Of a stretch of DNA of 64,000 bases, positions 12,301 to 26,000 are shown piece after piece (within the stretch, counting starts at the first letter, position 1; each line of letters starts with the position of its first letter). Origin of the DNA: Gracilinanus agilis. Taxonomy: Eukaryota. Location: the NCBI RefSeq assembly GCF_016433145.1, contig NC_058130.1, positions 800,656,962 to 800,720,961 on the forward strand, read 5' to 3'. The position numbers were made by a program, and so were the translations under genes. The notes below the pieces were generated by a model that was not told the DNA's origin, did not search any database, and worked only from the letters and a program-made list of their open reading frames with translations.

Positions 12301-13696
12301 TCCACGATGATCTCCTTTCACATGGACCGCTCACTCCCCTGGAGAAATCCGATGATGCCTCCGGAGATCTGTGTCTCGAATCTGGGCCAGAACAGGACTC
12401 CCGTAGAGCGGGAGAGTTGGGGTCGGGGCCAGGCCTGTGGGCCCTCCCCTAGAAAGGCCTGCCCGTTTCCAGAGCTTTAACTCCAGTTCCACAGAGGAGA
12501 CCCTCCCAGCCCAAGCGCTGCCTTGGCGTGAAGAAAGGCCGCGTGTTGGCCGGAGGGGCCCCCGGAGGAAGGACCTCTCGTTGCCCGCCTGCCTTTCGGC
12601 CATTCTCTGCCACGTTCCAAAGCGCCCCACTGGGAATGGCTTCGTGTTGTTAACACTGACTGGATCGGAGCTCCAGGACGCGGGCGCCGTCCTTGCACCG
12701 ACGGGGCGGCTCCTAACGGGGCACCACGGACTGGTCTCTGAAGTCTCTGACCGCCGGCGCCGCTGGAGGCCCTCATCGCTGTGTCCGGCCAGCCGACGAG
12801 TGCTTAGTAGGCACCTGCCGTGTGCTAGTCACTGGCCTTGGCGCTGAGGAGATGAAGCCAAAGGACGAGAGCAGCCCCGTGCCCGGTCCAGTGGGAAGGA
12901 TCACGGATAAACACGGCACACCTACAGAGCCCGTCTGGGAGGGGGGACACGGCTGGTGTGTCCGAGGAGGAGGGGACAGAGGCACGGCAGAGGGTGGGCC
13001 ACTGGGTCTGAGCCTCGGCCGTGCGCGTGTCCCGAGGGCTGGCAAACCCTAACAAAGAAGTCAGACTGGAACCCTTTTCAGGGATTAAAACATGATAAAT
13101 CGGTCTCTTTGGGAATCTTCCGAGCCCTGAAAGGAGGTCTGGGGCCCCCAAAGGTCCAGAAACCCCGGCCCTGGGGGGATGGCAGAGCCACCGTGGTCTC
13201 TGGAAGGAAAGTCACTGGCAGGAGGAGCCGGTGGTGGGCGGTGCCGGGAGAGAGAAGGGAGAAGGGAGAAATGGCAGGCTGCGGGTGAGGAAGAGCGGGC
13301 AGGTCCAGATAAGGGTGTGAGGGGTAAGGCTGGACAGAAATGGAGGGGCGCCTCATGAGTCCCAGCTGTCTCAGGGACATCTGCTTTGAAATGCCGAGTG
13401 TGCCGGTGGTGATCCCGAGTGAAGCTCAGAGATTGAGGGTCATCTGCATCCAGACAGTGGGGCGACGAGGGGACAGCTGGCACTTGCGTCATGCCTGCCT
13501 TGTGCCAGGCGCTGGGCTAAGCACTTAGGATCTCACGAGATCCTCACAACAACCTTGGGAGGTGCGTGCTATTATGAGCCCCATTTTGTAGATGAGGAGG
13601 CCGAGGCTGGATTCGAACTTGGGCCTTGACTCCAGGCCCATCACTCTCACTGAACCGTTGTGCTGCTCTTAGAACATAGGAGCTGCTGAGGCTACT

Positions 13697-13728
<32 letters not shown>

Positions 13729-16700
13729 TCCCTAGGGAACACCACAGTTCGTGTCATGCGCAGAGAGGAGAGGGCATCCGGGAGCAAGAGAGGGTGGTCA
13801 GCTGGGTCCGATGCAGTGGATCCCGTTAGAAGGCCGAGGACCGAGAAAAGGGCCAGATTTCACAAGAAGACGTCATTGCGGGGCAGTTGGGTGGCTCAGT
13901 GGACTCGTGGAGAGTCAAGATGGGAAGTCTTGGGTTCAAATCCTGGCTAGGTGACTCTGGGCCAGTCACTTAAGCTCACTTCCCTAGCCCTCACCTCTCT
14001 TTGGCCGAGGAGCCGCCGGCTGGGAGAAGGTTAGGGTTTGCATTTTGGAGAGGGCGGCGGCAGGCGAAGGATGAGGTAGGAAGCCGAAGGATGAGGTAGG
14101 AAGCCGGGCTGCAGAGCTTTTTCCAGGACGTTGCCAGAGGCTGCGGGTGAGGGGTAGAAGAGCTGGGAGGGCCGGGTGGGGGTGGGGGGTGTCTGGGGCC
14201 TTTTGTTTCAAGGATGGGAAGGCAGCGAAGGAGGAGCCCTTGGCCAGGGAGCAGAGCGACTCTGCTGGCCGGGGCGGAAGGGCCCGCGGGGCTGTCATGC
14301 GATCGTCTTTCCTGTCTCCAAGCTTCGGGTTTTCGTTCTATGGGGTCTTTCCACGCAGGAGCCTCTCACTGCCGACGCCAGGGCCGGGGCTTGCCCGTAC
14401 TTACGCGGCATCCCCGGTGCCCATCCGTGTGGGGCCTGGTGTGGCCAGTAGAGCGCGTTGCCACTCTGCCTGCAGGGATGGGGGGCGGCCACAGGGAAAC
14501 TCACGCCTGCTGGCGGGCTGCCCCCTGGAATGGACGAGGTGCCGGCGTCCCCCCTATTTAGCCAGCCTCGTAGGAGGCAGCGAGGCCTGGCTTTCTGCTT
14601 TTCCTCCTTGAGAGTGGAATATTCTCGACAAGTGGTCTGGAGAGCAGAAGAGATTAGGTCAGCCTCGGCAGTGATCGATGGGCAGGGAAGGGACTTCGCT
14701 GGGGATCTTGGGAGGCGGCTCCAGGAATGGTGAGCCCCGGCCGGGGCTTGGGAGTTTTCATTTCATTTTCGTCTCTTTTCTCTCCCCGTCCTCCTCCGCC
14801 CCACAACAGCGAGACAAACAAACCCTTGTCGAGCAGAACAACTTCCCACACCGAGAGCCCGAGAGTCGGGTCGGGTTTGGGCAGAGCCAAGGCCCGGCCC
14901 AAGTCGCCCTTTGGGAAAAGGGTTTCGCTCCCTGAGGCTTTTCGAGGCGGGATGCGCCAGCTGGGGTGCTTTGGAAGCAGCGAGGCTCTCTCTTCCTTTG
15001 TCTTTCAGTTTCTCTCCAGCAACGAGTGGCAGAGCTGGAAAAAGTCAATGCAGAATTTGCACGCACCAAGCAGCAGCTGGAGCAGGAATTTAACCAAAAG
15101 AGAGCCAAGTTTAAAGAGCTGTATTTGGCCAAAGAAGGTGAGTTCGCAGCCACGCCTGGTAACCAGAAAGACCGAGAAAAATGCCACTTCCCGGGCACGG
15201 CCCAGTGCGCTGCGGAACGCCGGGAAGTGGGACGGATCAGGTGCTGGGCTCCCCCCTCTGCCAAGGAAAGGCAAGGGGAAAGGGCAGCTTCCTGCCTGAG
15301 AAGCTGTGCGAATGGTTTTCAGATTCTTTTGGGGGCGGGGCCCCCTGCTCTGTACTTTGCAGGCCCAAGGCCAAGCCCAGACCAGTGTCCTCTGCCCACG
15401 GGGAGGCCATAGACTGCCACCGAACCTCACTCCCCTACGCTGGCCTCCCAGGTCTGACCAAGCTGTCAGATGTGGTGCAGAGAGGGTGCCCAGCAGCTTT
15501 GCAGGTTTTGCCGCAGAGCTCTTCTGTCAGTTGATGAAGGGTTTTAGGATCTTGGGAAAGTCAGTTGGCCCTGGGAAACTTGTGGAGAGAATCAGGGTCC
15601 ATCTGACTTTCCCAAGATTCTAAAACCCACACAGAGTAACCCCAGGACCCTCTGAACTGCTCTCCCCACCTAGAGTTCTTTCTCTCCCCTCTCTTCTGTA
15701 ATGGGCGGCCTTTTAGGAGAAAACTGTCTTCTCCTCCTACCTGCTGCCGCCCACTCCTCCCACTGTGCCTCCTAGAATTTCTAGGCCACAGTGACCAGCC
15801 CCTCCAGCCTCTGGGATCTCCTCTTGTGTGCTTCCCATCTCTGAGGCCTCCCTCAGACGAGGCCCAGGGGATCCCCAGCTTCTGCCCTGTCCCACTGGTC
15901 CTGGAGGTAGAAGTGGACCACTTGGAGCCCTCCTGCTTACTTTCCAGCAGTCTTTGCTCTCCTCTCAGGATCATTCCTTCTTTTGAAGCCCCTTCCCAAA
16001 CCCAAGTATGTAGCTAGAATTCAAATGAGAGACTAGAGCAAAGAGTACCAATCATGAATTTAGAGAAGGCTCTTGTAATTAGGGCAAGATGAAAAGAGAT
16101 TATCAGAGAAAGGCACTGGAGATAGCCAGTCACTATCAAAATGTAATATATATACATACCTAATAGCAAGCATCTACATTCTTAAGTTAATTCAGTTGGT
16201 GGGAGAAATTAGATGATAAAACTAACATAATAATGGACAACCTTAATCTATCCCTTGCAGACCTAGACAGCTCTAACCAAAAGATAAACAAGAAAGTCAG
16301 GGAGATTAGAGATGCTAGATCTCTGACAATTTTTGAATGGGAATAGAAAGGAATGTACATATTTTTCAGATATACTGTGGCTGAAACACGACTACAAAAC
16401 CAACCATGTAATGAGGCATAAAGATCTCACTCAAAATGTAGGGAAACAGAAATGCTCAACACATCATTTATTGATCACAGAGCAATAAAAATATATTCAA
16501 CAAAGGGAATTTGAAGAATTAAAAAGTTGTAGGTTAAATCACAGAATTCTGCAGACATGGTAGATCAAAAAATAAGTTACAGAGAAAATGGAAAATGTTT
16601 TCAAAGAAAATGGCAACAGATTTAAGCTTGGGATACAACTGAAGTAGTTCTTGTCAGAAAATTTATATTTTTAAATATTTTCATCACCAAGAGAAAAAGA

Positions 16701-19700
16701 ACACATCAGTGAATTGGGCACACAATGAAAAGAAACTTAGACAACAATAAAAAACCAACTGAGCCACAGAGTAGAAATTATGAACATTTAAAAATAGACT
16801 AGTAAAATTGAAAGCAAGGGAACCATTGAATTGAGAAAACTAAGTTCCAATTGTCTTGAAAAACAATATAGTTCATCTGATTTTAAAAAGAGAAGAAAAT
16901 CAATTTTTTTCTATCAACATGAAAAAAATCACAGCAATTGAAGGGGAAATCAGAAATCATTTTGTCCAATTATGTGTGAACAAAACTGCTAACTTAGAGA
17001 AATTAGATGAATACTTTTAAAATATAAAGTACTCAGATTAATAAAAAAGAAGTAGATTATTTGAATAACCCAGTGTCATAAAGTAATTTAATAGAGCACA
17101 AAAATTTCATGACCAGTCATTTATTTACAGGTGAAATCTGTCACGCATTCAAAGAACAATTCCAATATTATATAAACTGTTGGAATAATGGGAAAATGAG
17201 GCACATTTCAAATCTCTGCATCTGTTACAAATGTGGTCTTGATATCCAAAGCACAGACAGATAAAGTGGAGAAAGCAAAATGATAGAGCAGCAGCGCTAA
17301 TGAACGTGAATGTTTATCCAGCCCTTTCTCCACTCTGTCCCCTAACCCTAATGACAGTGTCTACTCTCAAGGATCTTACAATCTAAGTGATTTACCACTT
17401 GACACTATTGGAAAGAATCCCCAAATGCTAGCCACTAGGTTCATTTGCCTCGTGTTCCCCAAACCCAAAGACGCCAGCTTCTGGGTCTTAGGCCTTCCTT
17501 TCTGATGACGGTTGCTGGGAAAGTTACAAAGCAGTCTGGCAAAAATTAGGGACAGCCCAGCATCTCACATGCATACCAAGATGAGGTCCCTGTGGACTCA
17601 TGAGTGGGGTGGAAAAGGTGACATCATAGTGCATTAGAGGAGCCAAGGAGAAATCACCTTCCAGAGCTTTGCTGGCAGATGACCCAACAAGGTACAGCCA
17701 AGATCACAGAAGAGAAAATGGAACATTTGGATTATAGAAAATGTTAAAGTTTTTGCAGAAACAAAACCAAACCAGCTAACTTTAGAAGGAAAATGAGTAA
17801 ATTATGGGGGGAAATTTCACCAGTTTTCCTGGTAAAGTTCTCCTTTCCAAGATTTATAGGCAATGCACTAAAATGCATAAGAATGGGAGACATTCCCCAA
17901 TAGGAACATAAAGAAAAGACCCAAATAGATCAATTTTCAAAGCAATCCAAGCTATTAACAAGTAAAAGGAAAAAATGCTCCTGATCACTAATAGAGAAAT
18001 GAAAACGAAAGCCACTTGGAGTGGCAAATGTTGGGTAGGCATGGAGCGATTTGGAAATATGCCTCTCCCACCCGATTCCTGTGTGGGCTTTGAGTGGAGC
18101 GCACTTTACATTTTCTATGCTTTGATGGAGTACAAAGAAAGAGGAACGAGACCCCCATGTTCAGAGACACTTCTGACAGCAGCTCTGGCGTAACCACCTT
18201 TTGGACAATGGCTGAAAAATTGGGGTATGAAATATTTATTAAACACTCATTCTGTGCGAAGCGCCCTGCCGGGTCGTGGAAATATGGAATGGACAATGTC
18301 AGAGGACAGAGCGAGGATGGCCTTGATGGTAGAAACAAAGCTAGACAGATAGATAGGTGGGGATCGCTCCACCCAGAGAAACTGCTTCGAAAGCCTCTGG
18401 ACCTCTGATCTGTGTGCCTGGGAGCCAGGACCTGGAGGACTCTGGCTAGGAGGCGGCAGGACATGGCCAGTGTGGGAGTTGGTTTTGCTGGACTAGGCAT
18501 TTGTTCGATAGCTTTCCTTTTTCATTTATTGTCCAGTAGGCGAGAGGGAAAGCTACTACATGTTTGTATACATGTGTGCATGTGCACATTTCCATGTTAT
18601 CCAACCTCAACTGGGCTCTCAGTGCAGCAGGCCTTTTTTTCCTTCACAATTGACCGCTATCTCATACTCCTATGGGGCTATACCAGAGCTCTTCCCTCCT
18701 CAAGTTTCCCACACCTCCTCCCAGTTAGCTGGCACAAGAGAGAGAGTGCTGGGCAGACTGTGAGTGTGGAGCCTCATGAGCTTCCTTTATTTTGGCCTCT
18801 CTCTGTCTCTCTTTCTCTCTTTCTCCCACTCCTCCTTTCCTGACCCATTGAAGAGGCAAGAAATCCAGAGCTCATGTCTCAATGATTTATTTAAAGAGTG
18901 CTTAAAAGCCATATGTGTATATTGGTCTCAAGTGTCCTTTGGTAGCCTGATGTTCTGCTCTGCTTAAATATTTCCAAGTCATGTTTTGATGGTGTGCTTT
19001 AAGAAAAAAGATTTTTTAAATTATCTTTATTTTGGCTTCATTCCCTCAAGTATCATGGCTTAGACTAGATGGCCTCTGAGGTCCTTTCCAGCTCTCAAAT
19101 TCTGTGATTCTGTGAATCATTCTCTGTCAGGGGAGGATGAATTGATAATTCAAAACATGTTGGCTCTTGTAGGCAACAGCTTGACCACCAATTGAGGACT
19201 GAGATTTTTGCAACAAAGAAAATATAGGAAAAATTTTTTTATTGTAGTCAGTTTTTTCTTCTTTATCTTCAGCTCTTCCAAAAGAGCTAATTAAAGTCAG
19301 TGTCTTGAGCTCAGTGGGGGAAGAGTATTAGAGAACGATTTTTGGATTCTCTTATTTCTTTGCATTTTTTTTAAAAATGACAATAAATCATTCTTTGTTA
19401 TTATTAAAAAATAAAGAAAAATGGCTGAACAAATTGTGGTATCTGGTGGTGATGGAATACTATTGTGCTGAAAGGAATGATAAACTGGAGGAGTTCCATG
19501 TGAACTGGAAAGACCTCCAAGAACTGATGCAGAGCGAAAGGAGCAGATCCAGAAGAACATTGTACACAGAGACGGATACATTGTAGTACAGTTGAATGTA
19601 ACTGACTTTGCTACTAGCAGCAAAATGACCCAGGACAGTCCTGAGAGACTTATGAGAAAGAATGTATCTACATCCAGAGAAAGAACTGTGGGAGCAGAAA

Positions 19701-22700
19701 TGCAGAAGGAAAACATGACTGATCACATGGTTCAAAGGGTACATGATTGGGGTTTTGGCGTTAAAAGATCACTCTATTGCAAATATGAATAATATGGAAA
19801 TAGGTTTTGAACAATGATACATGTATAACCCAGTGGAATTGCTCATCAGCTCAGGGAGGGAGAAGGGAAAGAACATGAATCACGTAATCATAGAAAAAAT
19901 ACTCTAAATTAATGAATTAAAAAAAAAGAAAAGGTCCACCTCACTCTGGGTCAAGAAGATATTAGCTCATATTCCTGATAATGTTGGCTACGTGAAGAGC
20001 TCATGTTATAACAAGTCATTTTTTGAACCCATGTGATTTGGTCTTTTATTCTGTCGGATATGTATCTACCTAGAGAGCTGTCCACACACTTTGATAGCTC
20101 TGTGTTCTCATCCAGGAGAATATTCCCTTTGGTGGTGTATATTGTACTTTTCCTGTCTCCGTCTCACACTGTGACTGTTACAAGCCCTTCAGTAAATCTG
20201 CCACAGAAAGCCCTTTGCAAGGAGCATTGATTTTTTTTTTCTGGGTTATACATGTTTTATCACGCAAAACTCATTTTCATATTATTCATTTTTGTAGGCA
20301 AATAATCTTGTAGAGCCAAAACCCTGAAATCCTAGACCCAAATAAACAAATGATAAATCATGTTTTTATCTACATTCCTACTCCCACAGTTCTTTCTCTG
20401 GAGGTGGAGAGCATTCTTTGCCATTAGTCCTATAGAACTGTCTTGGATCATCGTGTTCCTGAGAGTATTCAAGTCTGTCACATTGGATAATCCCACAATA
20501 TTGCAGTTACTGTGTACGATGTTCTCCTCATCTGCTCATTTTACCTGCATCAGACCATGAAAGTCTTTCCAGCTTTTTCTGAAATCTTCCTATTCATCAT
20601 TCCTTATAGCACAACAGTGTTCCATCACCATCATAAACCACAATTTGTTCAGCCATTCCCCAATTGAGGGCCAGCCCTTTCCTTTCCAATTCTTTGCCAC
20701 CACAAAAAGAGGAGCTAGAAATATTTTTGTACAAATAAGTCCTTTCCCATTTTTTTCTCTCTTTGGGATACAGACCCAGCAGTGGTATGGCTGGACACGC
20801 ATTCTTTTAAAGCCCTTTGGGTCTAATTCCAAATTACCTTCAGAATGGTTGGGTCAGTTCACAGCTCCATCAGCAATATGTTAGTGAAGGAGCATTGATT
20901 TTTTTTGTAGTCTGGGACAGTTTTCCTTCAAGGAGGCCATTTTCAGGGTTTGGTTGGTTCAAAGGTCTAGGGACCCGAAAGCCTAACCCACAGAAAGTTA
21001 GTATTCCTAGACTTTGATCCAGTGTTATGCCCTGGTGGAACGGTATCTCTTTTTCCTTTTTTTCATCTTTTCTGATAAAGGAATCTTGTTATTGCCATTG
21101 GGTGTTATAGTCCATAGGTGTTTCATTGCCTTCCAGTGCTGATCCTAGATCCCTGCCAGCGGAGCCCGCCGGAGCCTGGGGGCTGCCCAACAGGCCTAAT
21201 TCCTTTTCTAGTTCAGCATCTCTCAGGTGCCACAACCTTTTCCTCCACTGCTGCTGTGGGTGCCTGTGTGGAATAATTTCTTTTTCTGGGTCAGATGTGA
21301 CTTTACCAGGTAGACAATTCAGTGGGCAGAGGGGTCTAGGCAGGGAGGCCTGCAGACCAGAGATGAACCAGATAGAGCATTCCAGTCAGGGAGAAGACTG
21401 TGTACCACAGCAAGAAGAGGCAGACAACAGGCACTCAGATCCATACAACCAAACTGGACAGGAAAAGCAGAGAGGCACTAGGATGAAGAGGGGCCGGAGG
21501 AGGCTTCTTTTAAAAGATGCGATCTTAGTGGGTGCTTAAGGGAAGTCAGGATGAAGGCCAGGGAGTGGTCCAGGCTCGGAGGAACAACCAGAGAGAATGC
21601 CCACAGCTGAGGGATGGAGGGTCTTGGACAGTGACACTGGATTGAAGTATATGGGGTGGAGGGGGGAGGTGTAAGAAGACTAGGAAGGCTCAGAGGGCAG
21701 CTTATGGAAGGGATTTGAGTGCCAAACAGGATTTTGGATTTGATCAAGGAGTCACTGGAGGTGACTTGATTGGATCTCTTCAGGAAAATCATTTTAGTAG
21801 TTGAGTGAGGAAGGCTTAAGTGAGGAGAGCCTGGAGGTATGCAGACCTTCCTCCAACCCCCTCCTACACCTATTGCAGTAGTCCCTGGGGGAGGTGTTTG
21901 CACCAAGGTGGAAGCAGTGTCAGAGGAGGGAAGAGGACATATGGGCAAATGCTGCAGAGGTGAAAGTGATGAGAGTTCATACAGAGGTGAAACTGATGAG
22001 AGATTTTGCAGATGTGAAATTGATGAGAGTTGGTACTGAGTTGAAACTGATCAGAGATGGTATAGAGATGAAACTGAGGAGAGATATTACAAAGGTGAAA
22101 TAGATAAAAGATGGCTCCAGAGGTGAAATGGCTGGGCCTTGCTACCATATTGTATATGGGGTGGGAGGCCTGGTAAGGGCAAGAATTCAGGATGATTCTT
22201 AGAGTGTCCCTTCCCCATTGTGGAGGATTGGCTGAGTTCATTTCTCTCCTTTCACAAAGGGAGGTGGAAGCCACCATAGTCAAACCTTATAATGGAGCCC
22301 TGTCTCCCTGGAGTCAGAGGTCTTGATTTTTCCAAAAGGTCGTCCCTTTCTGTCCCTTGGGCTGCAGGTTGTTTCCTCCCCTCTCCTCACAGCACAGAGT
22401 GCTGTTGTTTGGCACATTTCTAGTTTTAAGGTGTTTGACTTTGAGAGCTATTTTGAGAACTCCTTCCTCCATTCTAGGCAGATTGGCCTGGTGGATGGAG
22501 AGAGTGTAAGGCCTGGAGTGAGAAGAGCTGGCTTTGATCTGGCCTCAGACTGGGGCTAGGGGGATAGAGGACAAATCACTTCAGCTCTCTCAGTCCCTGA
22601 TCTTATCTGTCAAAGGGAGATAATGGTCCCTCCTTATTGTCCTTCTGGAAAATGAGGGGGCTAGACCCCCTGGGGTCCTCCTGGAGGACTCTGACTTTTC

Positions 22701-22940
22701 TTTCTGTCTCCCCAGCATGATCTCTGCTCCTCGTAGTCTTGGCTAATAACTTGGCTCTGGAGGCTTAGAGTTAGGGTTTTCCTGGGATGGATTCATGCCC
22801 CCTGGAAGAGGTCCTTGTGGTCAGCGGCCTGCTAAGTTGTGTTTGTTTCGGCTCCGGTTGCTGTTAGGCTGGGCAAGTCCTTATGGCCTCTCGAGGTCCA
22901 GGTGAAGTTTTGTCTGGGATGTCTCCTCCCCTGCCCCAAG

Positions 22941-23003
<63 letters not shown>

Positions 23004-26000
23004 GCCCCCCCCCCCCATCCCCTCTAACAGAAAGTCTTTCCTGTCTTCAGAGGACCTGAAAAGGCAGAATGCCGTCCTGCAGGCAGCACAGGATGACCTC
23101 GGGCACCTCCGGACGCAGCTGTGGGAAGCCCAGGCTGAGATGGAGAACATCAAGGCCATCGCCACGGTGTCGGAGAACACCAAGCAAGAGGCAATAGATG
23201 AGGTGAAGAGACAGTGGCGAGAAGAAGTCGCCTCTCTTCAGGCCGTCATGAAAGGTAGAGGTTGGCTCTGCGCTTCCGTGGCTGAGGAGGGGAGGGGCGC
23301 GCCATTGGTCCTGTGCTAGGAAGGCGGGCTAATCTGACAGGGAAGGAGGCAGCCTCTGGCATTGCTAGCAGCTTCCAAAGGGACTAAGGGTGGCCTCCAG
23401 GTAAAGGAGACTAGGCTGCCTTGGGCTCGTGCCTTCAGGCAGAACATGTTCCCTGTGACTCCCAGTTCCAAACACTTTCCAGAAAGAAAGTCAGACAGAT
23501 GGGCCAGGCGAATAGAATACAGATGAGGTGGCCACCCAAACGGAATCTCTTGAGCAGCTCGGACCAGTCGGATTACTACGCAAGGAGGGGCCAAAGCCAG
23601 GAGTGTCAGGGGAAATGATGGAGAAAGGGCGAAGGGAAGCAATTCCAGAGAATCTTATCTTAGCCGGTCCTTCGGAGCATCACCTTAAAAGCCATCGGGC
23701 TCTGGCTCCAAGTAGACGTCTGTCACCCGGGAAAAGGCAGACAGAAGCAAATGACCTCAGTAGCCCGGCGCTGGATAAACCCAAAGCCCCAGCTACCGGG
23801 GTAAGGCCTCACTGTGTGCCGGCCAGAACTGCTGGGAAGACTGGGAAGCTGTCTGGCAGAAAAAGCTACAGACCAACGTCCTCCCCTGAGCTCCGAACGG
23901 GCACATGGCGACAGGGGAAGGAATTGGCAGTTCCCCATCAGCTATGGCCGGGGACGAGTTCATGAGCCAACGGGCTAGAGAGGATCCCAGAGGAGAAACG
24001 ACGATCCCCGTGAAATCAGAAGGGGGCTGGGGGCGGGGAGGGGCAGATCTGCAGCAAGTTTCTCTGATGGAGGCTCCTTTCCAAGATACCTGGAGGGAAC
24101 TTTCAGAATGAATCAGAGCCATTTCCAGCTGACAGATACCCCGAAGATGTGCACAGGCAGGTGTCAAAGGAAGAAATACAAAGCCGTCCACAAAGCTCCC
24201 AAGAAATGGAAAAGCGTCCAGTGTGAGGAAAGGACCTTTTCAGATCCTCACTCTGTCACCCCACACAGATCCCTGGGACAAGAGTCCTTTTTTCTGGCTG
24301 TTGACCTCTGACTCTATCCTCGGCTCCCCACATCTGTCTGCGTGACCAGGATCCCCCAGGCTATCTCCCAGGCTAGTGACTCTGTGGAGCTTAGGCTGGC
24401 CCAAATGTGACCCCCAGAGTCAAGCTCAGGGGGCACCAACCCCCTCTTTAGAAAGGCTGGCCAGCTTTCAGCAGCCGGGTCTTCCCAGGACTCCCATCAT
24501 CGTCTCTGTTGAGGATCTGCCCTTTCTAGCCCAGTGTCGGCCCTGTTCTGTGCTGTGGGCATGCCCTGTTCTGATCCAAACAGCTGTGGTAAAAACGCCC
24601 TTCCCAGCCTTCAGAGCCTACCGTTCTCTGCTCCGGGGCCCACCCCGACCTTCCTCTTCTTGCTTGCTGTCCTGCCTGGACAAGCCGGGGTGCTGCCACT
24701 CCGGTAGCAGTCGTTTTCAGAAAACTGGCCCCGCCAGCCTTGTAACAAGGAAAACCAGCAGGGGAGACCGAGCCGCCCCAGTGCCTACATCTCGTGCTCC
24801 TGTCTGGGGCTGTGGCACTCGGTGATCTGGCCCTGCCAGGAGGAAGGAGGTTTTGGATCTCTGGGCCAGAGCGCGGTCTCCATGGTTCCTTGCTTGGTTT
24901 TCGTGTTGGCTTCTTTCCACTCGTGTTCTTCTTTGTCAGCTGGCTGGCTCTGCTCGCTTCCCCCTCCACCTTTGGGTGCTGGTCTTCCCAAGCTTCTCTA
25001 GAGTCCTCCCAGGCAGCATCTCCCCACTGCGCAATAACACGTCCCCTTGGCTGGTAAGCCTGTTCGCAAAAGACGGTCTCACGAAATGCCTTTGCAGGAC
25101 CCGTGACTAACCCTCAGCCAGGGAGGCAGGTTCCCAGGGAATTGGGTGGAGTGAGTCTGGCCTCCGCCACGAGTGGCCTCGAGAGAGCCCAGAACTCTGT
25201 TCTTGGGATGGCCGGGAAAGGGGGAAGGATGCTGGGTCGTGCCCCGAAGGGCCTTGGGGACCACCCTGAGGCTGCTTCTCCAGCTCCTTTCCTCGCTGCC
25301 TCCCAAACTGTGGGAGGAAAGTGTCTGGGCGGCCTGTGGCTGCTCAGCACTCGTGTCCTGCTGCTGCTGCTCACGCTGTGGAGGAGACCCTGATTTCCAA
25401 AGTCTGTGCCGGGGAGGCTCTGCAGGCTGCTCTGGCGACGAGCGGAGCCGCCCCCTCGTCTGTGGCTTCTCCGAATGCCGGCCCCAAGGACCCTGCAGCA
25501 CGGGCGACCTCACACGCCTGCTCTCGGTGACAGCGAGCACGCCCGTGTTTCCCAGGGAAAGAGGAAATCCAAACCCATCCCGTGGGAAGTGGTGGTTTGA
25601 GTGGCAGCCGAGGGCCCCTCCGCCCTGCTCCTTGCTGTCACCCGACCCCTCTGGGCCGCCAGCCCCTCAGGCATCGCGTTGGACACTTAGATCCCGGAAG
25701 TGCCCTCCTCAGGCCCGTCTGTCGATTCTCTCGGCTTCTGCGAAGACTGTCTCTATGTGGCGTCTTTGGATTGTTTGGTACCAAAGCAGCCTCGACTGCA
25801 GGCAGGCCAAGGACGGGCTCAGCTGGCTGTGAATGTTTGTCCACGGGGCTGCTGCCTCAGCCACCCCAAGATGCACCAAGTTTGAAGTGGCCCCAGTGTG
25901 CAGAGCTGGGGACTGGGGGCAGCGGATGTCGAGAAAAGAGCCCCCACGCTAAGGGCAGTGCCAGAGGGAAAGAAGGGGGAGTGAGGAGGAGTCCAGGACA

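Noticed and set aside
14065-14104. Perfect 20-bp tandem duplication
   Set aside because: Ordinary slippage event in an intron; not CRISPR-like (no spacers, eukaryotic DNA).
600-15000. Many 60-270 aa ORFs in RABEP1 intron 1 and similar ones window-wide
   Set aside because: P/G/R/A-rich, present in overlapping frames, no recognisable domains; expected from high GC and decayed repeats.
21954-22130. 27-bp array as a CRISPR-like locus
   Set aside because: Contiguous degenerate units without unique spacers.
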